Positions 1 to 15,018 are shown, numbered from the stretch's first letter. The stretch is DNA of 64,000 nt from Cycas panzhihuaensis (GCA_023213395.1 CM041465.1:230461741-230525740), one strand, 5' to 3'. Notes: a model not told the origin generated them from the sequence alone. Numbers and translations: made by a program.

Positions 1-1371
1 GATCATAATCATTGTTCTCTATGTGGACAATCTTGTAATTACTGGCAATAACACCGATGGTATTACTTAGCTTCAATCAAAATTAAAAAGCAACTTTGAG
101 ATGATAGATCTTAGGTTGCTTTATTATTTCTTTCGAATTGAAGTTTGGTAAGAACTAGGCAACATCCTCCTAAATCAAACAAAGTATGCTAATGAGCTCT
201 TAGAAAGATTTAAGATGGTAGAATATAAGCCACCACCAATTCCTATAGAGACAGGAACCAAGCCAAATCTAGATGAACAAGGAAAGTCTTTCAATCCTAC
301 TTTGTACCGACAGTTAGTTAGGAGCCTCATTTATCTCACCCACACTCATTCAAATATTTCATATGTAGTAAGGATCTACTTTAGGTACATGTCACAACCA
401 AAAGAATCTCATTAGAAAGCTACTACTAGGATTCTTAATTATATCTATGGCACACATCAATTTGCTCTTGAATATAACTAAATTGATTCCTCCATCCTAA
501 AGGGACATATAGATGTTGATTGGGTAGGTTGCTAAGATACTTGTCACTTAACATCAAGTTATTACTTTAACATGAACTTAATTGTAATCTTTTAGAGCTA
601 TAAGAAGCAATCAAATATTTCCCTTTCCTCCACCGAAGTAGAATATAAAATAGTTATCCATGCTACAACTGAGTTGATTTAACTTAAAAGGATTTTCACT
701 GAGTTTGGACTTCAATAACATGCACCTACCATCCTTTATTATGATAATCAAAGCATGTTGAAGATGATGAAGAATCTTGTATTCCATACTAAAACCAAGC
801 ACTTTGAGGTCCATCACCACTTTATCTATGAGAATGTTTAAAATAGAGAAGTTGATCCCGTCTACTGACCAATTGAAGACTAGGTTGTAGACATTTTTAC
901 CAAAGCACTTGGTAAACCAAAGTTTAAATGGTTTTGACATGACCTCAGCATCAGAAGAAATAAAGCTACTATTAAGGGAGGGTGTTAAAACATTGTAATA
1001 TCAACTTCATTTTATGTAAATATATGTTTCCTATGTATATATTATAATGTTAAGATAACATTTGTTGTAATTTAATCATGTTTTATAATGTGGTTGGGTC
1101 TGCCTTATTTGCCACTCATTCAACCTATTATATCTTTCAAAATATTGGTGGGTTGCCTATAAATTAAGTTTCACACCATTGTAATGTATATTAGATTGTA
1201 ATAAATATAGAATTTTTGCCTAAATAGAGCTCTACATGGTGACAAATTTACCCATACTTTGTCCATCTGAGTTATGCTTATTTATTTTGCACATTTTATT
1301 ATATAGTTTTATTATTTTACTTAATATATTGATCAGAGCACATGATTTCTTAGATCTTGAAGTATTTAATA
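1..1371 (+). mobile_element. 3' end of a degenerate Ty1/Copia LTR retrotransposon (RT/RNase H remnant, PPT, 3' LTR ~983-1371), truncated by the window edge
   Basis: Decayed RT/RNH motifs (LYVDNLVITG; PTLYRQLVRSLIYLTHT; TKHFEVHHHF). PPT aagggaggg at 974-982, then TGTTAAAA at 983. Homology to the 52722 block resumes at ~1372, which places the LTR end near ttaata 1371. Confidence 0.85.
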
Positions 1372-2186
1372 TGGAGAAGATCCATAAAATCATGTTTATG
1401 CCTTTTATTTAACATGCTCTTTATGGCAACATAATAACAATCTTCTTGCCTTCTTTTCCTATATACATTTTTTTAGTGATACTCTCAAATAGTTTTATCA
1501 ATTATCCCCTTATTCGATTTTGACATTTTAATAGCTTGCTGATTATTTTTTCACTTATTTTAATATAAAGAAACCTTTTGATTTAAGCATCAAATCTCCC
1601 ATACCTACTAAATAAGGTCTTAAGAAGTCTTATCAAAAATTTTCTAAGAGACTATAAGATTTCATCTTTATCTCCAAATGTGAATATCTTAATAATCTTC
1701 TTATTAAATTATTCTTAAATGCTCTTAGGCCATAATTTTAGCTTGAAGTATTGAGGGTGAATCCTACCTCTTATTAAGATTCCATTAATAAGGCTCTCAT
1801 ATTTGAGACATTTGAGATTCAAGATAGTCTTAAATCTATACCTAAGCCATTCACATGAAAATTTGATAAAGTTAAATATTCTAAATTGATCACATAAAAT
1901 AAGTTATTAGACTTATTTACTTTAACACTTTATGTGCTAGAACATAAGATGAATATCTCTTAAACCAATGTTAGAAACACATAAAAAGTAGAATCTCCTA
2001 AAATTATTACTCCTATTGAAAAATATATCCCTCTACCTAAAGGTTACACTAAGAGGTGGTACTCTTTTCATATAATAAAGTCTTATTCTAATGATAAATA
2101 TTGGATTTTTCATTAGATGAAGTTCCAAGATTATTATCACAGTCAAATTATGGTGAGTCTTTACCATATCTTATAGAGGGCTATGA

Positions 2187-3349
2187 TATAACATAACCCA
2201 ACCTTTTCTTAGCAAGCAGGATCCACCAATAAGTAAGGATTAAGGGGTTTAGTAAGTTATGTGTATGGACCGCTAAGCCGTCTAATAAGATGTAAGGCTG
2301 CTAGGGCCACCAATATAATCACTAAGGATGAAGACCCTTACTTGTATATTTAAAGGGTTAAATCACTTGTAATGTTATTGAGTATGGTATCTTGAAAGGA
2401 GAAAGTACTTCGGTACTCATTTTGGTGATTCATTTTCTATGATTTGCTTGCGCACTCGTGTTATTTGACTTCATTTTCTACTAATTATCACTCCTACGAG
2501 CCTATATTTCTGAGAAGGAACAGTCCAAGTGGTATCAGAGCTACGTTCGTGATCGTGGGAAGCTGCTCAGAATAGCAAAATATTTTTCTTGTATGATTGA
2601 GTACTATCTCTACTTAGGTAGAGATTGAGGAAAGAACTTCACTCAGTACTCTCTCCAAGAAGATTGAGGAACGGTAGCAGGAAATATTAGAGGTCGCGAA
2701 GCGAAGGGGAATTTTGTCCATCAAGTACCTCAAGCAATTTATTTCTTCTGCATTTAATTCAATTTTTAAGCTTTGTTTTTCTGCATTGGGTTATATTCCA
2801 AGGATAGATAATACTATTGGGTAGCTACCCTTTGTGTCCCCTCCCACCTCTCCCTTCCGGGTAGATAACACCACTGGGCAGCTACCCAAGTAGTTAGGTA
2901 GAGACCATGTACTGGGGGTCTTTAAAGATCACAGGGATTTATCATTCTGGCTAAGCGCATCATGGCTTTTCTTCTCCTTGCGTGAAGGACTGGAGATAAC
3001 ACTCTTGAACCAAGCCTTAGACAGAACCTGGCTACATAAGTGTGCCTCCATGTACCTTCAAGTATATAGGAGGACCCCTTTAGGATTCCAAAACCCTCCC
3101 TAGCATAGGTAAACTATCAGCTGCTGAAGTCTTATAGTGGTTAGCGGTTAGCGCCACGAAGTTACCTGCCTCAAACTTCTGCATCAAAAGTTTATTAGCA
3201 AGCCTATAAGACTAAGCCCATCAGAAGTTTATTGGCAGGCCTATAAGGACACATCTAATCATTCTCTGTTTCCCCTATCCCAATCTTAATTAAGATCATA
3301 AGCCACTGATTGCCTGAATTTAAAACTTGTCAAAACAATCAAGCCTCTC

Positions 3350-3380
<31 letters not shown>

Positions 3381-6300
3381 AACACAACTTAGCCCTTGCT
3401 CACACTGCAAAAAAATTACCCTTCTAACTCATATACCTCAATTCGATCAGCATACCGTAAGGGTCATTTTGCACTAGGTTAGTCTATACCCCTAATTTTC
3501 ACTCTTTTTATACCCGGGCCACTGGTGGGCCCTACCACTCCAAATTCCCCTTAAAACTCATACATCCCATTTTGATAAGAATTTTGTGCTCTTTCTAGTG
3601 GACTGAATATCTTACTTATGTAATTTTTGCCCTTTCTTTCCTATATAACAACTCCCTATTCTTATATCCCATTCTTTCTTGATCTGTCCCACTTCGTTCT
3701 TTCCCTTCTTTCTACTTACTCTTGCTTCTTTAATCCCTTTCTTCAACTCTAATGGCAAAAAATCAAACAGAAAAAAATTCTGAGTTGACCAATGACTTGT
3801 TTAACTTCAAAACAGAGGTCAATGATAGACTCAGTAGCATGCCTACCAAATCTAACATGGATGACCAAGAAAGAGATTCTCAGTATGCTTTAGCAGTGGG
3901 TGCCACCTCAACCCCAAATCACAGGAGCTTCTAACTCAATGGGCAACCAACCTCCCCCTTCTCTAGGAAGTAATGCATATACAGGAGGTTCTCCACCAAG
4001 ACAACCATTTTTTGACCATAAGATCAACATTTCTACCTTTGATCTAGATGTGAATAGAGAGTGCACTTGAAGCTGGGTTAATACATTAGAATCCTACTTC
4101 ACTCTCCACCCGATGTCAGAAGAAGACCAACTCTTATACGCTTCTATTCACTTAGATGGTCGAGCTCACCATTGGTTTAACTGGTTGAAGTAGGAATATC
4201 CCTCTCACCAAACTTGGTCCCACTTCACTAGTTGTTTCTTTGAACAATATAAAGATACATGGAGTTAATCTTTTTTCATACAACTCACCCAGCTTAAGCA
4301 GACATCAACTGTAGAAGCTTATACGGATGAATTTCAAGCTTTATATAACTGCATACCATAAAGCTAAAACTTGGACAAACAAACAATGATTGATATTTAT
4401 GTGGCGGGACTCCAAGACCATATTCAGATGAGATTAAAGACAATGATAATCTACTACCTTAAGGAAGCTTTCAAGTGGGCTTGTGTTGTAGAAGTTGAGT
4501 TTGTAGTAGACAGACCCTCAGTTATTCGATGGGATAACTCTTGGTCCTCACACACTCGACAGGTAGACTTCCAATGACCTTGACCTCGATTTGACGATGC
4601 CTCTCATCCTCAAGCTGACTTCACACATCCTCAGCCATGAAAGGATGATTCTTGACCATCTATTGATCACTAGAATGAGGATACATCCACCAAAACAATC
4701 CAAATTTCTCAAGCTGAAGCATAATGTCAACTTGAGGTTGGCCTTTGTATGCAGTGTGCAGAAAAGTGGACTTCTAGGCATGGCCATTTTTGTAAAGTGC
4801 GATGTATGGTTTTCTCCATTGACCCATCCCTCTCCCCTGATGATCCCTCTGACTCTGACTCTGACTAGGAGGTTGATGATGAAACCTATGATGATCTTGC
4901 ACCAGACCCCCAACCCAAAGTATCTATATCCACTGTCACCACCTCCTCCTACCCTGAACCCCTAAGAGTTAGAGGCATTCTCTGCAAGACTCCAATATCT
5001 ATCTTGATCGATGGTGGCGCATCACTTAACTTCATTGATATTTTGATAGCTAGACAACTTAACCTATATATTGTCCCAAAAATTGGCTTCACATGTTCTC
5101 TACCAGGGTACCAAAAACTCCATTATATAGGTGTTATTAAAACCCTCTAAGTCTAAATTGGCTCATACCTTCTAGTGTTAGACTTCTATGCCTTGTCAAT
5201 AAGAGGATTTAATGCCATCTTAGGGATTCAATGGTTGCAAACACTAGGGACCTATAGCATGAACAACTCACCTACAAATCCATTCATTGCCTTCAAAGAC
5301 CATATGGGGCGAAATCATAAAATTTACATAATGCAATCCTCTCTTAACCAAGTGGTATCTCTTGGACGTATGAAATGCCATATTGAATCTCACATAGGGT
5401 ATATAGTCCGCCTTAATAATATTCAAATCAAACCACAAATTCATCCACACATCCAAGATATCATTACCCAATATAAACAAGTATTTGCCCCTCTGCCTAC
5501 CACTACCCCTCCCGACCACAGTTTCTATCATACAATTGACCTCCAATCTAACCATGACCCTATCAGCGTTCGACCTTACCATAACTCATACTTTCAAAAG
5601 AATGAAATTGAGAAACTCACAAATGAGCTCCTTGACATGGGCATAATCCAACCAAGTAAAAGCTCTTATGTAGCCCCAATTGTCTTAGTTTAGAAGAAGG
5701 ATGGCTCCTTTCGCCTTTGTGTTGACTATAGGGAATTAAATAAGATTACCATTAAAAATAAGTTTCCCACCCCTCGCATAGATGACATGCTAGATGAAAT
5801 CCATGGTGCAACCATCTTTTCTAAGTTAGACCTCCAATCTGGTTACTACCAAATCCCAATTGCCCCACAAGATTATCATAAGACAACATTTCGCACACAT
5901 CATGGCTATTTTGAGTTTCGAGTAATGCCATTTGGCCTTTACAATGCCCCAGTAACCTTCCAAGCTCTCATGAATAAAATCTTTGGCCCCTACCTTCGAA
6001 AGTTTGTTATAGGTTTCTTTGATGACATTCTTATTTATAGTGCCTACTTGGATCTCCATATCCAACACTTAGAAATTATTCTCTAAATATTGCAAAATCA
6101 CCAACTCTATGCAAAACTATCTAAGTGTGAGTTTGGACAATTAGAACTCAAATATTTGGGTCACATCATATCATTAGAAGGGGTATGCGTAGACCCCGAT
6201 AAAATATTGGTCATTACAACGTGGCCAACACCTACCACTCTTACCCAACTATGAGTATTTCTTAGGCTCATAGGGGTTTATCGACACTTTGTGCGTAACT

Positions 6301-8626
6301 ATGTTACTCTTGCCACCCCATTAACCAACCTCCTTCATAAAGAGGCTTTTTAATGGTCTCTTGAAGTAGATGCTGCCTTTTCCTACCTCAAGGTTGTAAT
6401 GACCTCCACTCTGGTCCTCATCACTCCTAATTTTAACCAACCCTTCCAACTTGAATGTAATGCTTCAGGGTTTGGTTTAGGCATAGTCCTAATGCAAGAA
6501 TCTCATCCCATTGCATTTGAAATCCAAAAATTAAAAGATCACGAGCTTCATCTCTCTACATATCAAAAAGAAATGAAGGTTATTCTCTATACTATTGATA
6601 AATGGAAGTAATATCTCTTAGGCTCTAAGTTTACTATTCTCATAGATCATCATAGCCTCCATAATTTATTAACTCAGCCAGTCTTATCTGAAGAACAAGT
6701 TGAGTGGGTTTATCGATTACAAGACTTTGACTTCTTAATCACATATAAAAAAGGTAAAGACAATATAGTGGAAGATGCCCTTTCACGTCTCCATCCTAAT
6801 GACAATATTCCTAACCCAAGCCTCCATGCCATCAGCAACCCCTAACCACTTTGGCTTGACAAACTATGTGTTGAAAATCAAGCCCAACCAGACTATCCTA
6901 ATTGGAGGGAAAAAGTTCTCACCCATAAAGGTTGGTCAACCTTCAACAATCACCTCCTCTACCACAATCATATCTTTGTCCATCCCTCCTCCTCATTCAT
7001 CCCTAAAATCCTAACAGAATACCACTTGTCCCCCCTCAACGGCCACTCGGGCTTCAATAAGACTTATTGACGAATTTACACATATTTCTTTTGGCCCTAC
7101 ATGAAGACCACCATATTCACCTTTGTATTAGAATGTGACATCTGTCAACGAAATAAAGTAGAGACCAAACCTCTCCCTGGCCTTCTCCAACCATTAAATA
7201 TTCCTCAAGGCAAGTGACGAGATATTTCCATGTACTTCATCATGGGCCTACCTCCATCTACGGGGTTTGACTCCATTTGGGTAATCATTGATCGATTAAC
7301 CAAGTACTCATACTTTCTCCCAGTGCATACCTCATATGCATCCTCTCGTCTCACTAACTTATATGTCTAATTCATATTTCGCCTCCATGGCTTCCCATCA
7401 TCTATCGTTTGTGACCGAGACCCTAAGTTTACTAGCTCCTTTTGGCAAGAACTCTTTAAGGCTGTTAGAACCTCATTTAATATGAGCTCTGCCTACCACC
7501 CACAAATAGGTGGCCAATCTGAGGTTCTAAACAAAACTTTAGAAACTTATCTACATTGCTTTGCCTCAGAACACCAAGCTAAGTGGACCTCATAGCTTAC
7601 CCTGGCTGAGTACTGGTATAACTCCTCCCATCATTCTGCCATTGGTATGTCTCCCTTTTTGGCTCTTTATGGTTACCACCCACCTTCCCACCATACCCTA
7701 GCCACAAACTTTAGAACAACTTTTGTGCAACAAAAGCTTCAAGAAATGGATCAAATCTTGCATGCCCTTCGACAAAATTTAGCCACTGCCTGAAATCGAA
7801 TGAAGCAACTTGCAGACTGCCACTGATCTGATCGATCCTTTGATATTGGAGATCTTGTATACCTTCGCCTCTAACCTTATAAGCAACAATCACTCAAGTC
7901 ACATCAAGGGCATAAACTAAGCCCCCACTACTATGGCCCTTATAAGATCCTTCACAAAATTGGTGAAGTTGCTTATACCCTTGAACTTTTCCTAAACACT
8001 AATATCCATAATATCTTCCACATGTCTTGCCTAAAAGAATACCTTGGAGCTAAAATTACACCCTACACAACCCTACCCATTCTCTCTGAAGAGCAAACTC
8101 TTACAATTCCTCTTGATAAAATCCTTACCAGTCGCCAGTGCTACCTCGGAATCACACTATTTCTGAACACTTAGTACAGTGGGTCGACTGCGATGTAGAT
8201 GAAGCTACTTGGGAGCCGAATGAGTTCATCTAGCAACATCTTCATCTCCAACATTGCGAGGGCTCAGCATCTCAAAGGGGGGGATTTGTAACATAACCCC
8301 ATCTTTCCTTAGTAAGCGGGAACCACCAACAATTAAGGATTAATGGGTTTAGTAAGTTATATGTATGGACCGCTAAGTCATCCAATAAGATGTAAGGCTG
8401 CTAGGGCCACCAATAGAATCATTAAGAACAAAGACCCTTGCTTGTGTATTTAAAGGGTTAAATCACTTGTAATTTCATTGAGTATGGTATCTTGAAAGGA
8501 GAAAGTACTTTGGTACTCATTTTGGTGATTCATTTTCTGTGATCTGCTTCGCACTCGTGTTATTTGGCTTCATTTTCTACTAATTATCACTCCTACGAGC
8601 CCAATTTTATGAGAAGGAATGGTCCA
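2187..8626 (+). mobile_element. Element B: full-length but pseudogenised Ty3/Gypsy chromovirus (Reina-like size); LTRs 2187-2527 and 8287-8626
   Basis: Perfect TSD tatga (2182-2186, 8627-8631). ~340-bp LTR pair. PBS tggtatcagagc 2530-2541. PPT aaagggggggga ~8274-8284. Confidence 0.95.
3752..8270 (+). pseudogene. Decayed gag-pol of element B (gag, protease, RT, RNase H, integrase, chromodomain)
   Basis: LIDGGASLNFI (PR); [13 protein letters not shown]...[12 protein letters not shown]...FFDDILIYS (RT); FQLECNASGFGLG (RNH); GHSG...CDICQR and DRDPKFTS (IN); LVQWVDCDVDEATWEP at ~8171-8218 (chromodomain). Many stops and frameshifts. Confidence 0.9.
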
Positions 8627-11600
8627 TATGACCTTCCATCATATTAGAATTAAGGGAATTAATTGACATAAAGGTAGGAATATAATGATGTAGGGGTGAG
8701 TGTTATACTTACCCCACTCCATTATAAAGAGAGATATATGATATAATGTTATGTTAATGAATGTTCTATGGAATCTTATCTTTTTCTTTATCTTATTTCT
8801 TCTATTTCTCTCCATATTTCTTTAGACCCATAATAAGTGATATTAGATCTATTTCTGATGCATATAAGAGTTAGGCATCCATTTTACTACAAGTGATAAA
8901 ATAGGTACCTCTTTTATCAAGGGTTTTGGCATATAAAAGTTTTGCTCATTGGGAGCACAAATGAAAGAGTTTTGAAGAATAAACAAAGATTATGATATAA
9001 AATTATAATTTCTATAAAATTTTAGTGGTTATAGTACTAGTTTGGTGAAAAATTATTAAAATTATTGTAGATTTAATTTTTGGCCTCTTTTCATCATCAC
9101 ATTTTTTAGAAAGACCTGCCATCTCATATTCAAAGAGCCATAACTTTAGTAACAAGTATCTAAATAATCTCATATTTTTTTATTCTATACATTTTAAAAT
9201 TTTCTTTCCAATGGAAGTAGTTTGAGGTCAATCAGAGTTCAAAGTAGAAAGTTATTGGTATTTTATGAATAGGTACTATTGTAGTGTTTAGAAACCCTAA
9301 TAGTGAATTTATTAAAATGGTTATAACTTTTAATCCATATGTCAGAATTTAATTTATTTTAAACTTTTAGAATCATATTTAAGAGGTTATAATTTTAATC
9401 TATATTTTATATATTTTTGGGCTATATTTTTTTAGAAATAAAATTTTAAAGTTAAAGGTTTTATATTATACTTCTCTTGGTTATTTATATTTTAGTCATA
9501 AAACTATTACTCTTGAGGCCTAATATCTATTTTTTTATTAAAATTAGGGGAAAACTAGTTATAGACAACTCCTAATATCTCATACATCCACATTATTATG
9601 GTTACATAAAGACTCATACCTTATATATTTAATGCAAATATGACTCTTTCTACAGATGATTAGGTCAGTGATACACATTCATATTTAAAATCACTTACTA
9701 AAGACTACTTGATTAATAAAAAGATGTCTAAAGTTACTTTATTGTATCTATAAGGAGAGGCTTATCTTTGGTTTAAGGAGTGGTATGGATATACTCCCTT
9801 TAATATATTTTTTTGGTTACTATTTGATATCCATATAATATATGATAATTCTTAGTGGCAAAAGATGCAAAGCCTTAAGTAAGACAAATAAGAAGTTCAC
9901 AAAATACTTAATAAGTTTAATCACAATATGGGGCAATGAATTCTTCCTACTCTACAAATTCAAGAGCAAAAGAAAGATGATAATAGAGATAAGGAATGTT
10001 AAGGGCAACTAGGAAAAGTTATTTGCCATCCTATGCCACCAATTGTAGCCAAAGAAAAGGAAGAGCACCACTCACCAAAAGTTAGAACACATACCAAAGT
10101 GGGACCTTATTAATAACCATATTATCAAGAGGCTCAATATCAACACACTCATCATATAAATCCCTCACAAAATAAGTACCCAAGGCATGTATATCATTCA
10201 AACTTGAGGTTTTAAGGTCATATAGATTTCAGGCATATAAAAATCTACTTAGGATAGATAGATCCCCATTCTATACATAGATCTTTGGACAAACTTTAAT
10301 GGACCTTTCGATTAGACACCTGTAGTAGAAGGTAATCATATGTATCTATGTATCATGATGCTTTGCGAAGCATCTAAGGGTAGAGGGCATGTGATGAGCC
10401 TTCACCACATGTTAGAGAGGGTTATGACCCTTTGTCATATGAGGATTAAGAGGATTGGTTGACATAAAGATAGGAATATAATAATATAGGGTGAGTATTA
10501 TATATACCTCATTATGTTATAAAGAGAGATATATGATATGATGCTATGCTAATAAATTCTCTTCAGAACCTTATATTCTTCTTTATCTTATTTCTTTTAT
10601 TTTTCTTTATATTTCTTTATCTTGAATGGTTACGGGGTTAGACCCATAATATAAATTTAATCCAAATCTAACTTGGATAAAAATAATAATAATAACTTGC
10701 CTAAACTTTATATTGCTTCTACATCTTCTTAATCTTTTAAAGAAGAGAATACTTTTCTTAGTAATGGGCAAACTTTTTCATCTAAAAAAGAGATTTCACT
10801 CAATGATAAATGGAAGAGAATAGTTAGTTTTGTTCATTCTTTCACATTTTCAGAAGAAATAAATCCTTTATCTTACAAGTAAATAATTATTTCTAAAGAA
10901 TAACTTCCTCACACTAGTATAGGAAAGAAGATAGTTGTTTAAAATTTTTATACTTAATCCACTCTATAATGAGAATAAACCATAACTCTAAAAATTAACT
11001 ACTAAAGAGCTTAAACTATGGTAAGTCTCACACTCTTGGAAGAGTATAAATTAATCACATATATACTCTATAATAAGTATAAATTATAATACACATTGCA
11101 TTCCTCACTCTTAGCTTATATAACTATGTAATCTCTTATAATCCCTGTAGCATAAGATTGCTTGGACCACTTAGTCATATCTTAATGCACACTTGACATA
11201 TTCATACATGTTAGTAACCTTGACTTGAATTAAAGACTAACATCTAAGTAGCACTCTAAAATTTATCATGGTTTACTTTAATAGGAGAATGCTTTAGTTA
11301 TGTGGGGTTTACATTTTGTTAAATGCCCATACAGTTGAGTAGACATCCTTCAATTGATTAATTTTTCCTCACTCTTACTTGAATATAACTCTTATATGTT
11401 CAATTCCTTATATTAGACTAAATGTGATGATTATCATCCTATCTATGGATTTAATAGTGGGTTTATTTTCTTTAAGTCTCACTTATCCATGTACGAAATC
11501 ATAGATTTAGATTATTAAGAAAGATATTATAAAAGATTTGATTAAAAATTAAAATTAAAATAAAATAAGTTCTCTCATATATACTCTCAACATATTAGCA

Positions 11601-12789
11601 AGTTCATAAATAGCTCATCTATTAGTTTTACTTCATTCAATAAATTACCAACCCCTATTTAATCATATAATTAACTTCTTTATGGGTTTAATAGTGACTA
11701 GTTTCATTAGTCTCATAATATCATTCATTAAACCATAGACTTGTTTAATTAGATACATATAATCTTGATCCATGGGCATAATGGTGGTTGATTAAATTAT
11801 GTTGGAGTATCCCATAGACTATAGGTGTATCTAACCCATACTCTTGATCATCAGTGTTGGCTCATGGGTGTCTCGACTTTGGATTATACCTGGGCATATT
11901 TGTAGGTTGTGGTGAGACCAATTCCACCTAGATCTTTTGGTCTTATGGTAACTCTAACATGGTATTAGAGCAATGATTATACACAAGTAGGTGAAATTAG
12001 GTGGATTAATTAGATGATGGGTTGTTAAGTAGTGCTAGCTCAACTCTTTATTGAGGATCAATTTTTTTTTATAACTAAAAGAGCTTCTACGATAATGTAA
12101 TGATTATTCTATTTATAGCATCGGTGCTTTCTTAGTATTAGATCTATTTTATAGGCTCACATCTATTCTCTAAGCCATATACAAAGTAGTTATTTTAGTT
12201 GATTGACTATTCACATCATAACTAAAGGCTTGGAGAATAGATGTAGATGATTCTTTGCTACCTAATTGACAAAAGTTGATATTGTAGAGTCAACATTGGT
12301 TAGGAGAAGCCATAATTATAGTAGAGATACACATAGGATATATTATTGGTTTGGTCATTATTTAAGTAGGTCAAGAATAACGAAAGTTTGTCGAGTGAGA
12401 TATGAGTCGACAAAATTAGATACACTTATGGTCAATAAAGTTAGAAAGATATTAGATGATAATAATCGATAGGATAGTTGACATAGTTGGACACTCCTAT
12501 AGAGTATGATCAATAATAGTCAGTGGGATAATCGACAGATCTTAGATGCTATTAGAGAGATCTATTGATAATAGTCAATAAGATAGTTAACAAAATTAAA
12601 TAGTCTATGGGATTGTCAACAAAGTTTAGCAAGTGATAGAATCATCGACAAATTTGGTCATAACAATATACAATCGATGAGGTTTAGCATAGCTAGAGAT
12701 AGTCAACAAAGTGGTTGCTACCTCAATCAATGAAGTAGTCACTACTTCAATTAATAAAGTTTATCATTATCACAAACATCAATTAATAA

Positions 12790-14400
12790 AGATATCACTC
12801 CATGGAAAGATGAAAGTATCTTATAATTATGTTGACTAATAATAGGCATCATTACATTTGTGTATAAGCTAAGTATTAAAATATTGAGATGCGATAATGG
12901 CATAGAATATGATAATCATGCATTTAATCAATTTTGCTAAGATCATAGTATAAAATAGAAATTTACTGTCCCATATATCCCACAACAAAATGGTGTTCCA
13001 AAAAGGAAAATTTGTACTATGATGGAGATGGCAAGATGTATGGTGCATTTAAAAATCTTGCCACTGATGTTTTGGGTAGAGGTTGTAGCGACTACTATTT
13101 ATATTTTGAACCAAGTATCCACTCAACTAGTTTGAAGCATGACCCATGAAGAAAAATAAATCGCTTATAAACCTATCATTAACCATTTGAAAAATATTTG
13201 GGTGTATTAAATATGTACACATCCTTGATGAAGGTTGTAAGAAGTTGGATCACAAGACATTAAAGTATATTTTGATTAAACAAAGCTTATACATTGTGGG
13301 ATCTATATGGGAAAAGAACTATGGTTAGTCAGGATGTCAAATTTGATAAGTTATTGACATACCATACTGAAAAGACATCTAAAGATAAGTTTGATCCTTC
13401 ACTTCTTCCTTTTTACTAGATTATTTGTTGACAAGCCTAGTGACAATCATATTAAGGTTAAAGAGATTAACATTATGTTAATAGAAGTAGGGCCAAGAAA
13501 AAGTACTGATGAGGAGCTATTACATGATAAAACATAGACAACACCTCATATTCCTTTATAGGCAAGGAGGACTATTGAAGACTCCGATATGATGGAAAAA
13601 GAGCGTAAAGATAATCGATGAACAAGGAAACAAAATACTAGTTAGACTCTTATGGCAGACACCAATGACTCCACTAATCTCATTTTATACGAGGAGGAGA
13701 AAGGAGACCCATGATGGAGATATGCAATGGAGGAGGAGTACAACTCAATTATAAACAATGATACTTAGGATCTAGTTCCCTTACCTCCTTTTAAGAACTT
13801 GGTTAGTTGTAAGTGGGCTTACAAGATGAAGTTATGCTCTAATGGAGAGGTAGATAAGTATAAGGCTCAACTTTTCGCATAGGGATTCAAATAAAAAGAA
13901 GGAATCAATTATGAAGAGGCATTTACACCAATCTCCAAGATATCTGCAATTCGATTGATCCTTGCTTTAATAGCTACATATAGTTAGGAGTTATATTAAA
14001 TAGACATGAAGTCAACATTCCTAAATGGAGACTTAAAAGAGAAGATTTATATGGCTCAACCTCTTAGTTTTATTAAGAAAGATACTAAGTACCAAGGATT
14101 AAGTGTTGGTATGAGGGAAGCTATATGGTTGTAAGGACTATTAGAGATGCTTAGAATTACTTCTAGCACACCTATTATACATATTAATAATCAGAGTGCT
14201 ATTCAACTTTCAAATAATCTAGAGTTTCACACACACACATACACACATACACACACACATATAAAGCATATCGAGATCTAGGAAAGTTGCAAGTTAAATT
14301 TTTTCTAAGTGAGGAATAATTTACAGACATGTTAAGCAAGGTTTTTACTAAAGATCACTTCATCAAAATTTGCACTTAATTGAAACTAAGTGAAGTTATC
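12790..14400 (+). pseudogene. Deleted Copia pol remnant (integrase, N-terminal RT, RNase H tail; gag/PR and most of RT missing)
   Basis: DNGIEY, FTVPYIPQQNGVPKRK, CKWAYKMK, YEEAFTPI, DMKSTFLNGDLKEKIYMAQP, then a direct jump to REAIWL and NNQSAIQL. (CA)n inserted at ~14228-14260. Confidence 0.85.
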
Positions 14401-14414
14401 CTTGAGGGGGGATC

Positions 14415-15018
14415 TATTGATAAGGACAACGTCTATTGACATTGACAAGGAATATCCAACTCCTATCGATAAGATAGAGATATCGACAAAGGATTATCCA
14501 CACCCCATCAATAAGATTATTGACATTAATAGGATAGTTCATCAACCTTTCGATAAGAAAAAGGGTAAGGGACACCAGTCCTAGTTGACATGGACTAAGG
14601 ATAATGGTTTTTGATAGGTAAGTTATCGACAAGACCTTCATTAATATTAGGTGGGATGTTAGAATGGCCATTAATGTACTCACATGCTTAATATTTAATA
14701 TGGCATGTGCCATGATGAGATGTAAGTTAATGAGGTTAAAATAATGCTATGTATATTGTGTAAACTTTATGATGATACATTAATGTATTCTTAATATGAG
14801 CCAACATATGTAATATTAATGTATTATTTAAGCCTCTTATGGATCTATTTAAAATGATTCAATGTCCATTGCATAAGAAGGGATTCTATATCAATGTAAC
14901 CCATATTTTGTGGTGGGTTTTTTTCCAAAAGGGTTTCTCATATATATTTTTTTATATGTTTGTTCTTTTCATTCATGTTATGTACATAAATAATCTATTA
15001 ATTACTTGATTTATAACA
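14415..15018 (+). repeat. Single 604-bp Copia LTR (LTR-E) inside element D
   Basis: Follows PPT gagggggga (14404-14412), starts tattga (decayed TGTTGA), ends ttataaca, and is immediately followed by a PBS. No second copy in the window. Confidence 0.75.

Larger units (their letters stand above)
2149..10651 (+). mobile_element. Element A: internally deleted non-autonomous Gypsy-type LTR element. 5' LTR 2149-~8835 is split by element B; 3' LTR 10390-10651
   Basis: TSD caaat (2144-2148) / taaat (10652-10656), with the empty site at ~53495. LTR starts tatggtgagtc / tgtgatgagcc; both end gacccataata. Decayed PBS agtgatattagatc ~8836. Gag remnant (LYL*GEAYLWFKEW ~9745-9790). Purine tract before 10390. 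Confidence 0.8.

Noticed and set aside
11800-11959. Retrozyme or Cassandra identity for the small-LTR element
   Set aside because: No hammerhead core (CTGANGA...GAAA) and no 5S rRNA boxes recognised in the LTR.
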